64,000 nucleotides of DNA from Myxococcota bacterium (GTDB taxonomy: Bacteria; Myxococcota_A; UBA796; CAJQPC01): contig JAZAMN010000052.1 in NCBI GenBank assembly GCA_036229005.1, positions 160,001 through 224,000 on the forward strand. Direction: 5' to 3'. A program made the position numbers and the translations under genes. This document shows, one piece after another, positions 32,043-42,142 of this stretch. The notes under the pieces are model-generated. The model was not told the origin of the DNA. It did not search any database and saw only the letters and a list, made by a program, of their open reading frames with translations. The first letter of the stretch is position 1; the number at the start of each line of letters is the position of its first letter.

Positions 32043-33185
32043 ATGTTCGAGCTCTCCGAGGACACCCTCCAGATCCGGGATCTGGCCCGCAGCTTCGCCC
32101 GCGATGCCATCCTTCCCGGCGCCGCCGCCCGCGATCTGAGCAAGGAGTACCCCGCCGACCTGGTCGCCCAGCTCGGTGAGATGGGCTTCATGGGCATGTT
32201 CATCCCCGAGGAGTACGGTGGCTTCGGTATGTCCATCCTGGACTACGTGGTCGCGCTGGAGGAGATCTCCTACGCCGACGCCTCCGTGGGCGTGGTGATG
32301 AGCGTCAACAACAGCCTCGCCTCCTCGCCCATCATCAACTTCGGCACCGAGGCCCAGAAGCAGAAGTACCTGCCCAAGATGGCCACCGCCGAGTGGCTGG
32401 GCTGCTACGCGCTGACCGAGCCGGGCGCTGGCTCCGACGCCGCCGCCCAGAAGACCCGCTGCGTCCAGACCGAGGACGGCAACTGGGAGATCAGCGGCAC
32501 CAAGATGTGGATCACCAACGGTCCCCAGGCGGACGTGGCCGTGGTCTACGCCAGCATGGACCCGGAGGCCCGTCACAAGGCCGTGTGTGCGTTCATCGTG
32601 GAGACCAAGTGGGAGGGCTTCAAGGTCTCCAAGGTCGAGCCCAAGCTGGGCCTGTCCGCCTCGCAGACCGCCGAGCTGGTCTTTGACGGCGTCAAGGTCC
32701 CCGCGGAGAACCTGCTGGGGGACGAGCGCGAGGGCTTCAAGGTGGCCATGGGCACCCTGGACGGCGGCCGCATCGGCATCGCCGCGCAGTCCCTGGGCAT
32801 CGCGCAGCGCGCCTTCGACCTGGGTCTGGCCTACAGCCAGGAGCGCATGGCCTTCGGCAAGCCCATCGCCACCAAGCAGGCCATCCAGTGGATGCTCGCT
32901 GACATGGCCACCCGCATCGAGGCCGCCCGCCTGCTGACCTGGAAGGCCGCCGTCGCCAAGGACAAGGGCGAGCGCGCCAGCCAGCTCTGCTCCATGGCCA
33001 AGCTCTACGCCTCCGAGACCGCCAACTTCTGCGCCGACAAGGCCCTGCAGATCCACGGCGGCTACGGCTACTCCAAGGAGTACGAGGTCGAGCGGCTCTA
33101 CCGCGACGCGCGGATCACGACCCTGTACGAGGGGACCTCCGAGATCCAGCGCCTGGTCATCGCCAAGAGCCTGCTCTCTCGCTGA
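32043..33185 (+). CDS. Short-chain (butyryl-CoA-type) acyl-CoA dehydrogenase
   Basis: ALTEPGAGSDA, GTKMWITNG, LDGGRIGIAAQ, QIHGGYGY, YEGTSEIQR. Confidence 0.93.
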   Translation: MFELSEDTLQIRDLARSFARDAILPGAAARDLSKEYPADLVAQLGEMGFMGMFIPEEYGGFGMSILDYVVALEEISYADASVGVVMSVNNSLASSPIINFGTEAQKQKYLPKMATAEWLGCYALTEPGAGSDAAAQKTRCVQTEDGNWEISGTKMWITNGPQADVAVVYASMDPEARHKAVCAFIVETKWEGFKVSKVEPKLGLSASQTAELVFDGVKVPAENLLGDEREGFKVAMGTLDGGRIGIAAQSLGIAQRAFDLGLAYSQERMAFGKPIATKQAIQWMLADMATRIEAARLLTWKAAVAKDKGERASQLCSMAKLYASETANFCADKALQIHGGYGYSKEYEVERLYRDARITTLYEGTSEIQRLVIAKSLLSR

Positions 33186-33212
33186 GGCAGCGCAGACAGA
33201 GCGAAAGCGTCA

Positions 33213-33242
33213 CACCCCGAGGCCCCCGGTCTCGGGGTGCTT
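33213..33242 (+). terminator. Hairpin after the acyl-CoA dehydrogenase gene (possible terminator)
   Basis: CACCCCGAG...CTCGGGGTG stem; weak U tract. Confidence 0.45.
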
Positions 33243-33268
33243 GCGTATAGGATGTCGGTCGTCGCCCC

Positions 33269-33901
33269 ATGGCATCGGGGCTGGAGGACCTCCTGCGGAA
33301 GCGGAGCCAAAAGGCTGCGCCGGCTGCCCTCGCGGGCACCAGCAGCATGTATCTGCGTGCGCGGTACCTCCCCAAGGTGCTGCGTGAGCGCCGCTTGGTG
33401 GTCATTTTGGGGCCAAAGGGCGTGGGGAAGGCCAGCGTCGCCCGGCGCGTGCTGCCCTCCGGCTCGCTCACCTTGAGGGGGGACGCCCTGCATGAGGCCT
33501 GCAACCGCGCCGTCCGGCGGCGGGCCTGGCCCAAGGAGATCCTGGAGGCCCCCGGACTCTTCATCAAGGAACCCACGTACCTCCAGCGTCGCCATGGCGT
33601 CACACGCCTGCTGGGCCAGCTCATCGAGAGCCGGGTCGATGGGGGCCTCACCACCGTGGTGAGCGAGGGGCAGGACGACTCCGCGCTGCTGCTGCTGGAT
33701 GCCGTCGAGCCGGGGCAGGGGGTCACCCTGAACCTGCGCTTCCCCAAGCGGGGCGGGCGGATGCGCTTTGCCAGGGCGCGCTGCGAGGACCTGGGGCTGG
33801 ATCCGCGGCTCGCGGCCAGGCTCGAGATCGAGGAGCCCTGGACCTACCTCAAGGTGAGCCGGGCCCTCTACCGGATCCGCAGAGACCGGGAAGAGGGCTG
33901 A
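33269..33901 (+). CDS. Hypothetical small P-loop NTPase-like protein
   Basis: VVILGPKGVGKAS Walker A; no clear acidic Walker B. Confidence 0.6.
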   Translation: MASGLEDLLRKRSQKAAPAALAGTSSMYLRARYLPKVLRERRLVVILGPKGVGKASVARRVLPSGSLTLRGDALHEACNRAVRRRAWPKEILEAPGLFIKEPTYLQRRHGVTRLLGQLIESRVDGGLTTVVSEGQDDSALLLLDAVEPGQGVTLNLRFPKRGGRMRFARARCEDLGLDPRLAARLEIEEPWTYLKVSRALYRIRRDREEG

Positions 33902-33952
33902 GGCGCTGGCCCCCAAGCTGGGGGGCCCAGCCTACGGAGACACAGCCTGGGC

Positions 33953-34252
33953 TCAGTGGAAGACCTCGTCGGTCACGTCCTCACCGCCGGAGAAGCAGTG
34001 GAACAGGGCCTGGGGGGTGCGGATCAGGCCCCAGGGCAGCCCCCACCAGCCCATCACCCCGCTGAGCAGGATGTAGGGGAATGCCTTGCCAAAGGCCGAC
34101 TCGTCCGCCTTGATGAAGTGGACATCGCTCTTTCGGTAGAAGGTCATGATCAGGATGGAGATCGCGTAGGGGAACACCACAAAGCGACCGCCCTTGGCGA
34201 CCTCGTTCTGGATGTCCGCGTCGCTCATTCCCTCGATGCCCTTGATGCTCAT
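33953..34252 (-). CDS. Small conserved-looking membrane protein
   Basis: Last 99 aa of ORF 33953..35149: MSIKGIEGMS...GGRFVVF.YAISI..MTF...GWWGLPWG...GGEDVT; AAGGAG SD. Confidence 0.75.
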   Translation of the reverse strand: MSIKGIEGMSDADIQNEVAKGGRFVVFPYAISILIMTFYRKSDVHFIKADESAFGKAFPYILLSGVMGWWGLPWGLIRTPQALFHCFSGGEDVTDEVFH

Positions 34253-34353
34253 TGCTGCTCCTTGGCGGCGCTGGCCGCGTTCTCTCTCTCGGGGGATGGC
34301 AACGCTGGCTGGCGCCGCATCCTTACGCTGGGATCTCCCAGGTGCGCGGCAGA

Positions 34354-35184
34354 TTAGTCGGCGGCCGGCGGATTGGAAAGCCCGAGCTCCCCCAGGAAGC
34401 GCTCGACGGCCTCCGCGGGCTCCGGGAGCAGCTCGAGATCGGCGTTGTGGTCCACGTCTGCGACCTCGACGTAGCGGGCGTTGGGCAGGGCCTCGGCCAG
34501 GGCGCGCCCGTGGCTCACCGGGATCAGCTCGTCCGCCTGGCTGTGGGTGACCAGGGTGGGGACCGCCACCTGCGGGGCCCGATCGATGCTCCGGAAGGGG
34601 CTGCGCATCAGCAGGCCGGCGGGCACGACCGGGAAGCGCCTCCAGGCTACGTTCGCGATGGACTTGAAGGTGCTCTCCAGGATCAGCCCCGCTGGGCCGG
34701 GCCCCTCGATCTGCGAGAGCACGCCGAGCGCGACCCCGCCGCCGAGGGACTTGGCGTGCACCAGGATGCGCTCCGGTGGGTGGGTGCGCAGGGCCTCCTC
34801 CCAGGCCGCCAGGCCGTCCGTGATCAGCCCGTCCTCGCTTGGGACTCCAGGGCTGCCAGGGTAGCCGCGGTAGTTGACGTGAAGCGTTGCAAATCCCCGC
34901 TCCAGGTACCGCTCCTCCCTCTCTTGCCAGCCCCCGACAGTGGCGGCGTTCCCCGAGAAGAAGAGCACCAGCTTGTCTGCGTCCCCCCGTCGCCAGGCGT
35001 AGAGCGGCATTCCCTGGGCGTTGACGACGGTGCGCTCCTGGACGCCGAGCCTGCGTGCCTCGGCCTGCAGCGCGCTGCGGGGGAGCTCCGGCGCTGGAAA
35101 CACCATCCGGGTCTCCATCAAGAGGAGCCCGGCGACAGCGACGCCCCACACGACCAGCAGGGCGATCAGCAGCTTGACCAGCAC
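34354..35184 (-). CDS. Alpha/beta hydrolase (ABHD13/YfhR-like)
   Basis: N-terminal TM; NYRGYPGSPG.PSE; KSLGG nucleophile elbow; DELIP; DHN. Confidence 0.88.
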   Translation of the reverse strand: MLVKLLIALLVVWGVAVAGLLLMETRMVFPAPELPRSALQAEARRLGVQERTVVNAQGMPLYAWRRGDADKLVLFFSGNAATVGGWQEREERYLERGFATLHVNYRGYPGSPGVPSEDGLITDGLAAWEEALRTHPPERILVHAKSLGGGVALGVLSQIEGPGPAGLILESTFKSIANVAWRRFPVVPAGLLMRSPFRSIDRAPQVAVPTLVTHSQADELIPVSHGRALAEALPNARYVEVADVDHNADLELLPEPAEAVERFLGELGLSNPPAAD

Positions 35185-35189
35185 GGGTC

Positions 35190-37667
35190 TCAGTTCTCGA
35201 TGTAGCCGAGCGCCTGCAGCTCAGCTTCCATGTCGGCGTCCCGGGAGGTCGTGGTCTCGACGTGGTCCTCCACCCGATCCTGGACCAGGATCACCACGCC
35301 GCGCTCCACCCGCAGCTTGCTCCGGCCCACGCTCACGGGCACACCCGGCACCAGCTTCACGCGCTCCTCGCCCACCATCACCTCGGCGCTGCCGTCCTGT
35401 GGGAGGGTCAGCAGGAGGGTCCCGCGGGGGGACTCGCCCGGGTTGAAGGTGAAGGACTCGCGGTTGGGGGCCATGTCGATGCTGCCGATCTCGTGCTTCC
35501 AGACGGCGGGCATGTCGCCCCACTCGATGTTCGCGCGGCGCTTGCTCGCGGCCTCGGGGTCCATGACCTGGGCGTCGACGGGCTGGTCAAAGAGGAAGAT
35601 GAGGGGCTCAGCGACCCGGTCCAGGTGCACACGCAGGCCCTCACCGACCGGGAACCCGGTGGCCTCCGCCATCTTTGCCTGCAGCTCCACCGTCGAGGAC
35701 ACGCTGGCGAGATCCTGCTGCTCGTCGGGATCCTGGGTCAGGTCGTAGAGCTCCTGGCGGCCGTCCCAGGTGCGCAGGATGTACTTCTTCCCGCCAAAGA
35801 CCACGCCCCAGAGCTCCTGGTCGTACATCAGGTGCCCGAGCTGAAGGGGGCGGCTGTCCAGAGCCTGCTGGAGGGCCGGCAGCTCCGCGCTCTGGGAGGC
35901 GTCCAGGTAGGGGCGCAGGCTGGTTCCATCGAGCTCCGGCCAGTCCTGCTGCGGGATGCCGACCATGTCGTAGAGCGTGGGGGCGATGTCGATCAGCGAG
36001 ACCGGCTCGCTGACCCGGTGGGGGCCGCCGCCCCAGCCGCCGGGGGGACGGATCCACAGGTTGGCCTGGGTGACCTCGTCGTAGAGGGTGTGGTTGTGCT
36101 CGTAGGAGCCGTGCTCCCAGAACTCCTCGCCGTGGTCGGAGTGGATCACGACCAGGGTCTCGCCCTCCAGGGAGAGCAGCCAGCCCAGCCAGGCGGCGAG
36201 CTGGTCGCTCAGGTAGCGGACCTCGCCCCAGTAGCGCTCCTCCAGCCAGAGCTTGTTCTCGTCCGTGAGCTTGGAGCCCATGCCCAGGATCTTCCAGCGG
36301 TTCATCTCCGCTTCCAGGGGGCCGGCGTCGCTCTCCACGTACATGTTCTTGTAGCGGCCGGGCGCCCGGTAGAAGTTGTGGGCGTCCATCAGGTGCAGGA
36401 AGAGCAGGCTGTCGCGGTCCGGGTTGGCCTCGATGAAGCGCGTGGCGCGATCGAGCTGCACGTCCGCGTCCACGGAGTTCTCGAACACCCAGCTATCGTA
36501 GCCGTCGTTGAACCCAAAGCGCGGCACCAGGTGGACGTTCGCGGTCACGCCGCCGGTCACGAAGCCGGCGTCCCGCAGGGTCTCGCCAAAGGTCTGCGCG
36601 TCGATGGCCTGCACCGGGTAGCGGCCGGTGGTGCTGCTCCGGAAGCTGGGTCGGGTGCGCGGCGCGGGGGCGTAGGCCATGTCGAAGACCAGGCTGCTGT
36701 CGGCGATGGGCTGCAGCGCGACGGAGACGTCCTTGTCGTTGCCGTGCTGGCTCATCACGTCGTAGCGCAGGGTGTCGATGCCGATGACCACCACGCGGCG
36801 CACGGGGCCCTTGGGCGTGCCGGTCAGCAGCGGCTCGGCGATGAACAGGGTGTCCCACTCGGCGCTCTTGCCGGGGTCGGACTCGAAGGTCAGGCGCACC
36901 GACTTGCCGGCGTAGGCGCTCAGGTCCACGCTCAGGTCATCGAAGTCGGCGTCGGTGGCCTTGGCCGAGGCGACCTCCTGCTCATCGACCAGGATGTGCA
37001 GGGTGGCGCCGTCGGAGCGGGCCCCGCCCTCCGGGTCGATGAGGGCCACGGCGGTGTCCAGGCGCGCCCCCTCCGGGACCTGCAGCTCCACCGTGAAGCG
37101 CGCGGGCGCTGGCAGCAGCATGCCCGAGCGGGTCTCGGTCTTCTTGCCCTGCTTCACCGTGTGCTGGTGGTGCAGGTAGTCCTGGGGCTCGAGGCCAGAG
37201 CTGGCGGGGTCCAGGCGGGCCTGGCTGTCCCGGAGCTCCAGGGAGATGAAGGTGACGGGCGTGTCCTGCTCGCTGGGGTCCTGCTCGGTCTGCAGGTGGA
37301 TCTGTCCGTCCTCCAGGCTCCACTCGCGGCCGTACTCCAGGATGCGGTCGCCCTGCACCAGGCTCACCCCAGCCGGGGCGCTGCGGTACTTCTTGCCGGC
37401 CTTGAAGGGGACCGGAGAGCTGTGCTTCCACGCGCCGGAGCCGGCCCTGCGCCACCCCACGTCCAGCACCACGGCGCCAGGGGGAGGGGAGCCTTCGGGG
37501 AGCACGCTCTCGGGGAGCTGGAGCTCCACTGGGGACAGCGCGCTGACGTGCACGGTGTTGTCGCTACCGACCTCCAGACCGCCGGAGGGCTGTGTGCTCT
37601 GCGCTGGGGGGATCTCCGCCGTTGGCGTGCAAGCGGGGATCAGCAAGGACAGCAGGGTCGGAAACAA
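35190..37667 (-). CDS. Sulfatase-like (alkaline phosphatase superfamily) lipoprotein with an N-terminal beta-sandwich domain
   Basis: TTG start after GAGAGG; LIPAC lipobox; GIDTLRYD, RTRPSF, HLMDAH, SDHGEEFWEHG, DIAPTL, ELYDL..DPDEQ, LQALGYI. Confidence 0.85.
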   Translation of the reverse strand: MFPTLLSLLIPACTPTAEIPPAQSTQPSGGLEVGSDNTVHVSALSPVELQLPESVLPEGSPPPGAVVLDVGWRRAGSGAWKHSSPVPFKAGKKYRSAPAGVSLVQGDRILEYGREWSLEDGQIHLQTEQDPSEQDTPVTFISLELRDSQARLDPASSGLEPQDYLHHQHTVKQGKKTETRSGMLLPAPARFTVELQVPEGARLDTAVALIDPEGGARSDGATLHILVDEQEVASAKATDADFDDLSVDLSAYAGKSVRLTFESDPGKSAEWDTLFIAEPLLTGTPKGPVRRVVVIGIDTLRYDVMSQHGNDKDVSVALQPIADSSLVFDMAYAPAPRTRPSFRSSTTGRYPVQAIDAQTFGETLRDAGFVTGGVTANVHLVPRFGFNDGYDSWVFENSVDADVQLDRATRFIEANPDRDSLLFLHLMDAHNFYRAPGRYKNMYVESDAGPLEAEMNRWKILGMGSKLTDENKLWLEERYWGEVRYLSDQLAAWLGWLLSLEGETLVVIHSDHGEEFWEHGSYEHNHTLYDEVTQANLWIRPPGGWGGGPHRVSEPVSLIDIAPTLYDMVGIPQQDWPELDGTSLRPYLDASQSAELPALQQALDSRPLQLGHLMYDQELWGVVFGGKKYILRTWDGRQELYDLTQDPDEQQDLASVSSTVELQAKMAEATGFPVGEGLRVHLDRVAEPLIFLFDQPVDAQVMDPEAASKRRANIEWGDMPAVWKHEIGSIDMAPNRESFTFNPGESPRGTLLLTLPQDGSAEVMVGEERVKLVPGVPVSVGRSKLRVERGVVILVQDRVEDHVETTTSRDADMEAELQALGYIEN

Positions 37668-37738
37668 GAACGCACCTCTCTGGCTGGCCCTGTTAACCCG
37701 TGATTGCAGGGCCCTGCCCGCCTGCACGGAGCTTGCCG

Positions 37739-38260
37739 ATGTCCGACACCCCCAAGCGCGGAACCCTCGCATACACGATGGCCACGTGGATCCATGCCCT
37801 GCACCAATCCGGGATCACCGCCGCGGACCCTGGTGTGCAGGAGGCCTGCGCGCGCCTGGCCGCAGACGAGGACAACGAGGAGGCCGGCGAAGCCCTGGTC
37901 GCGCTGCTCCGCGCGCAGCTCGGTGACGGTGAGCTCGGCGACGCCCAGGTGCTCGCAGCGCAGCTCTACGGGACCGCCACGGTGGCCACCGGGCTCGGGG
38001 AGTCGCGGCGTCAGGCCCTCCGGGAGGCCCGCCGCTACCAGTTCCAGCGGGGGCTGCCCTGGATGGCGTGCATCGTCGATCGCTTCCCTGACGGCAGCGT
38101 GGGGCCGCACTGGGTGCTGGTCGAGGCGCTGGACATGCAGGTCACCTGCCTGGATCCCTACCCCTGGGACGACATCGACGAGACCCTCACCCAGCCCCTG
38201 GTGGATTTCCTGGTCAAGTGGGAGCTGGGCGGCATGGAGGGGCTGCGCTGGGTCGGCTGA
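37739..38260 (+). CDS. Hypothetical protein; C-terminus resembles a C39-like peptidase fold
   Basis: PHWVLVEAL...TCLDPYPW pattern; coding-like codon usage. Confidence 0.6.
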   Translation: MSDTPKRGTLAYTMATWIHALHQSGITAADPGVQEACARLAADEDNEEAGEALVALLRAQLGDGELGDAQVLAAQLYGTATVATGLGESRRQALREARRYQFQRGLPWMACIVDRFPDGSVGPHWVLVEALDMQVTCLDPYPWDDIDETLTQPLVDFLVKWELGGMEGLRWVG

Positions 38261-38320
38261 GTGCTGTCAGAAAGGGCCTCACAGAGCGGGCCCCACTGAA
38301 CTGGCCCCACTGAACCGGGC

Positions 38321-41143
38321 TCAGGGGCCGAAGAAGATCCCGACCTCGCCCGCCCGAGTGGTGGACCCGCGCTTTATGCCCTCGCTGCCGACCACCCACT
38401 CGGCGCTGCCGTCGCCGTCCAGGTCCCCCAGGATCGCGGGGGCCCGGCCGGTGTAGCTGCCGCCCGCTGAGCCCTGCACCCAGGCCTTGGCGGAGTCGTC
38501 CATGTGCAACCCCGTCGTCCACGCCGTGTAGCCGGCGCCGGAGATCAGCCAGAGGGTCCCGCTGTTGTTGGGGCTGTCCGTGGCGTAGGCCCCGCTGGTC
38601 CAGTCCTGGACGCCATCGCCGTCCACGTCGCCCACGGCCAGGTCCCAGCCCAGGCGGTCGTCCGCGCCGCTGCTGCCCCAGCTCGCGTCCGCGCTGCTGC
38701 TGGCCAGGGTCCCGGAGAGTCCGCTGCCGCCGAAGAAGAAGTAGACGCCGCCGGCCGAGCTCCCGTCCACGGACGCTGTGCGCGCCCCCAGGAGCAGCTC
38801 GTCTGCGCCGTCGCCGTCCAGATCCTGGAGGGAGGCCCCGCTGATGCCCAGGTTCTCGCCGGCTGCACCGGTGAAGGTGGCCTGCGCCAGGCTGGAGACG
38901 CTCCCGGAGCTCAGGCTGCTGCCCTCCAGCAGGTAGGCGGCGCCTGCGCCCGAGTCGGCGTTGTAGGCCCCAAGCAACAGGTCGTCGTTGCCGTCGCCGT
39001 CCACATCGCCCAGCGCGCGCACGGCGTTGAAGCCCAGGCGGTCCTTCTCCGCGGCGCCCAGGATCTCGTAGTCCGCGTCCTGCGCGCCCAGGCTGCCTGC
39101 GAGGCCGCTGCCGCCCAGGAACACATAGACCGCGCCCGCTGCGGACGCCGCGCTGTCCTCGTACGCCGCGGCGATCAGCAGGTCCGAGACCCCGTCGCCG
39201 TCCACGTCGGCGCTCCCAAGGCCGTCACCCAACAGGTCCTTGTCCGCGCTCCCGCTGATGACCAGCGCAGCGTCGTCGCTCACGCTGCCACCGCTGCCCC
39301 AGCTCCCTGCGTCGCCGCCGCTCAACAGGTAGACCACGCCCCGTTGGGTGCCGCCTCCGGCTGCGGTGGGGGCTCCGAGCAGCAGGTCCGCCAGGCCATC
39401 CGCGTCCGCGTCCCCGGCTGCCGCGATGCCCTGGTCCGTTCCCAGGCCGTCAGCCGCTGCGGCCCCCTCCCACCACGCGTCCGCGTCGTCGTCATCCAGG
39501 GTGCCGCTCAGCGATGCGCTGGACCAGAACCAGACGGCGCCTCGGCCGTTGTCGTAGCCCTCGCCAGCCACCAGCAGGTCGTCGCCGCCGTCGCCGTCCA
39601 CGTCTCCCAGGGCCACCACGGTGGAGCCAAAGGCGGCCTTGGTGTGGGAGCCGCGCAGGCGTACGTCGGCGTCTGCGGGGGCGTAGCCACCCGAGAGCGC
39701 GGACTCCAGGTCCAGCTCGTCGAAGTCGGAGACCAGGTCGCTGCCGTCGCTCACCTTGAGCTTGCACCAGACCGTGTCGCCGCCGGAGAGCCCCGTGGTG
39801 TCGAATGTCTGCGTGTTCACGCCCTGGTTGGTCCCGTTGACCTTCCACACAAAGGTCTCGGTCAGCACATCCGCTGGATCCAGGTCCACCGAGCTCGTCA
39901 GCACCGCGCAGGTGAGCGTGTCGCCCGCGTAGGCCTCCTGCGGTTGGAGCTGAACCTCCGGCTTGCTGGGCGGGCTGTTGAGCACAAAGGTGTGCTCGCT
40001 CTCCACCGGCGCGCTGTCGTCCAGACCATCGTTGGCGGTGGCGGCGCACCACACCTCGTTGCCGCGGTCGAAGTCCGCGCCGTCCAGATACTCGCCGCTG
40101 TCGACTAGGCTGCCGTTCACGTACCAGTCCAGACGCACGCTGACGGCGTCGCCCTCGGGGTCGGAGGCCACGGCGCTGCAGGTCAGCGCGCCGCTCTCAT
40201 CCACGGGGGCGCCGGAGAGGCTCACCGAATCGACCACCGGGGGCGCGTTCGCGATCACGGCCTCGGCGCGCCGCACGGTCGCCTCACTCGAGGTCGCGCT
40301 CACCTCGCAGGCCAGGGTGACCCCTCGCTCCAGGGGCCCCAAGCGGCTGTCCGCCGAGCCGCTGTCCACGCCGTCCACCAGCCAGCGCGCGGAGATCGAG
40401 GTGACCTCGTCGCCGTCCGGATCGAAGGCCTCGTAGTCGCAGCGCACCCGATCCTGGGAGGTGGGGGCGGCAGGGTCCAGCGCCACGTTGACCACCGGAC
40501 CCGAGTTCTCGATCGCGACCGTCGCATCCGCCTGGACGCTCAGCTCGCCGTCCGAGACGTCCATCACGACCTGCCAGGTCTGCCCCAGCTCCGTCACGCC
40601 CTCGGGGATGTCGTAGAGGTCCTGGTACTCGGCGCGCTCCACCCCGTCGGCATACCACCGCAGACCGATCTGCAGCGGCTGCCCCTCGGGATCCTCGGCA
40701 TCGGCGAGGACCTCGAGTCGCAGGCTCTCGCCGTTCACCGGATCGCTGGGCGAGATGGCCAACTCGGGCAGGGTGGGGGGCTGGTTGCTGAGCTGCTCGA
40801 CCTGCACGCTGGCCTGGCCCCGGTTGCTCGCGGGGTCCACCGCGATGACCTGCAGGGTGTGTACACCCTCGCTCAGGGTGGCGCTCAGGCTGAACGCACC
40901 CTGGGTGGTCGGCGTGCCCGTGGCCAGCTCTCCGTCCAGGTCGCTGACCAGCGTGAGGCTGAGCTCACCCAGCGCGTCGTCAGGGTCCGAGACCAACCCG
41001 CTGACCTGCACCGGGACCCCGAGCGTGAGGGGGTCACCCGAGCTGGGCTCGAGGATCTCCACGCTGGGCGCCAGCGCCTTGTAGTAGGCCCCCGGGGCTG
41101 GGGCCCAGTCTGCGCTGCACGCGAGGGAGAACAACCACAACAT
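38321..41143 (-). CDS. Lipoprotein with Ig-like domains and C-terminal FG-GAP repeats
   Basis: MLWLFSLAC; repeated N.PP...L.P...L.C...DP.GD; GDVDGDG.DDLL.GA blades. Confidence 0.85.
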   Translation of the reverse strand: MLWLFSLACSADWAPAPGAYYKALAPSVEILEPSSGDPLTLGVPVQVSGLVSDPDDALGELSLTLVSDLDGELATGTPTTQGAFSLSATLSEGVHTLQVIAVDPASNRGQASVQVEQLSNQPPTLPELAISPSDPVNGESLRLEVLADAEDPEGQPLQIGLRWYADGVERAEYQDLYDIPEGVTELGQTWQVVMDVSDGELSVQADATVAIENSGPVVNVALDPAAPTSQDRVRCDYEAFDPDGDEVTSISARWLVDGVDSGSADSRLGPLERGVTLACEVSATSSEATVRRAEAVIANAPPVVDSVSLSGAPVDESGALTCSAVASDPEGDAVSVRLDWYVNGSLVDSGEYLDGADFDRGNEVWCAATANDGLDDSAPVESEHTFVLNSPPSKPEVQLQPQEAYAGDTLTCAVLTSSVDLDPADVLTETFVWKVNGTNQGVNTQTFDTTGLSGGDTVWCKLKVSDGSDLVSDFDELDLESALSGGYAPADADVRLRGSHTKAAFGSTVVALGDVDGDGGDDLLVAGEGYDNGRGAVWFWSSASLSGTLDDDDADAWWEGAAAADGLGTDQGIAAAGDADADGLADLLLGAPTAAGGGTQRGVVYLLSGGDAGSWGSGGSVSDDAALVISGSADKDLLGDGLGSADVDGDGVSDLLIAAAYEDSAASAAGAVYVFLGGSGLAGSLGAQDADYEILGAAEKDRLGFNAVRALGDVDGDGNDDLLLGAYNADSGAGAAYLLEGSSLSSGSVSSLAQATFTGAAGENLGISGASLQDLDGDGADELLLGARTASVDGSSAGGVYFFFGGSGLSGTLASSSADASWGSSGADDRLGWDLAVGDVDGDGVQDWTSGAYATDSPNNSGTLWLISGAGYTAWTTGLHMDDSAKAWVQGSAGGSYTGRAPAILGDLDGDGSAEWVVGSEGIKRGSTTRAGEVGIFFGP

Positions 41144-41262
41144 CGAGCTTCGCTCCTTGAGCCACCATACCCGCCAGCAATCTGGCCGGTTAGGGCCGCG
41201 CCCACCATCGGGAGCTTCCCTTGCTGACCTGGACCCCATCCGGCGCTGTCGAGAGCCCCAGC

Positions 41263-42129
41263 ATGGTCCAAGTGCGTGTCCAGCGCTCCTATCCCGGTAG
41301 GGTGCGCGCCGGGGCCCCGGTCCCGACTCGCTCCATGACCACGCAGGAGATCCGGGACAACCTGCACTACTTCGCCGTCACCCTGGACGGTCCGCGCACC
41401 CGCGCCTGCACGCGGCTTGTGCTCTCCGGCGTGGGCGTCGCCGCCAGGCCCGACACCCCAGAGCTGCTCGCGCAGGCCCGCGAATGGGGGATCGGGCACG
41501 TGGTCCTGCACCTGGGGCGGGACGATCTGGACATCGTGGACCCCGCTGTGTTCGCCGGCAAGGTCGATGCCCTCGTGGTGCCCGTCCAGCCTGGCCCCAC
41601 CGGGGGGGCGGTGGCGGACGCGACCCGCGTGATCCAGGCCTGCCAGGCCGCCGGGATCCAGGTCGTGGCCAACACGGTGCTCTCGCCGCTGGCCCTCAAG
41701 GATCTGCTCCCCGCGGCCCGCGCGGTGGTCGCCTCCGGGGCCCAGCGCGTGTCCCTGAGCTACCCCTTCCCGATCGCCGGGAACGTGGCCGGAAACGTCG
41801 CGCCGATCGCGGCCACCCTCCAGGCGCTGGGGGCCGCCGTCGGGCTGCTGGAGCGGTCTGGTGTGCAGGTCTCCATCAAGGGGCTGCCCGGGTGCTATCT
41901 GGGCGATCTGGCGCGGCTGATCCACCGCAGCGCCAACCGCTGGTACGTGGACGCCGATCACCAGCTCGATCGCGCCGTGCTGTTCTTCCCGGGGGTCGTG
42001 TCCTTCACCAAGCGCGAGGTCTGCCGCTTCTGCGCCCTGGATGGCCAGTGCGATGGCTTCTTCGCGACCTACCTGCGGCGGCCTGGCTACCCCGCCCTCA
42101 AGGCCGTCGAGCCCAGCCCGACCTCGTAG
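41263..42129 (+). CDS. Radical-SAM-like protein lacking CX3CX2C, with a C-terminal CxxCx5C motif
   Basis: MTTQEI..., LVLSGVG in place of GGEP, RPD.PELL..AR..G, VANTVL, GLPGCYL, CRFCALDGQCDG. Confidence 0.65.
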   Translation: MVQVRVQRSYPGRVRAGAPVPTRSMTTQEIRDNLHYFAVTLDGPRTRACTRLVLSGVGVAARPDTPELLAQAREWGIGHVVLHLGRDDLDIVDPAVFAGKVDALVVPVQPGPTGGAVADATRVIQACQAAGIQVVANTVLSPLALKDLLPAARAVVASGAQRVSLSYPFPIAGNVAGNVAPIAATLQALGAAVGLLERSGVQVSIKGLPGCYLGDLARLIHRSANRWYVDADHQLDRAVLFFPGVVSFTKREVCRFCALDGQCDGFFATYLRRPGYPALKAVEPSPTS

Positions 42130-42142
42130 GGGAGCGGATCCT

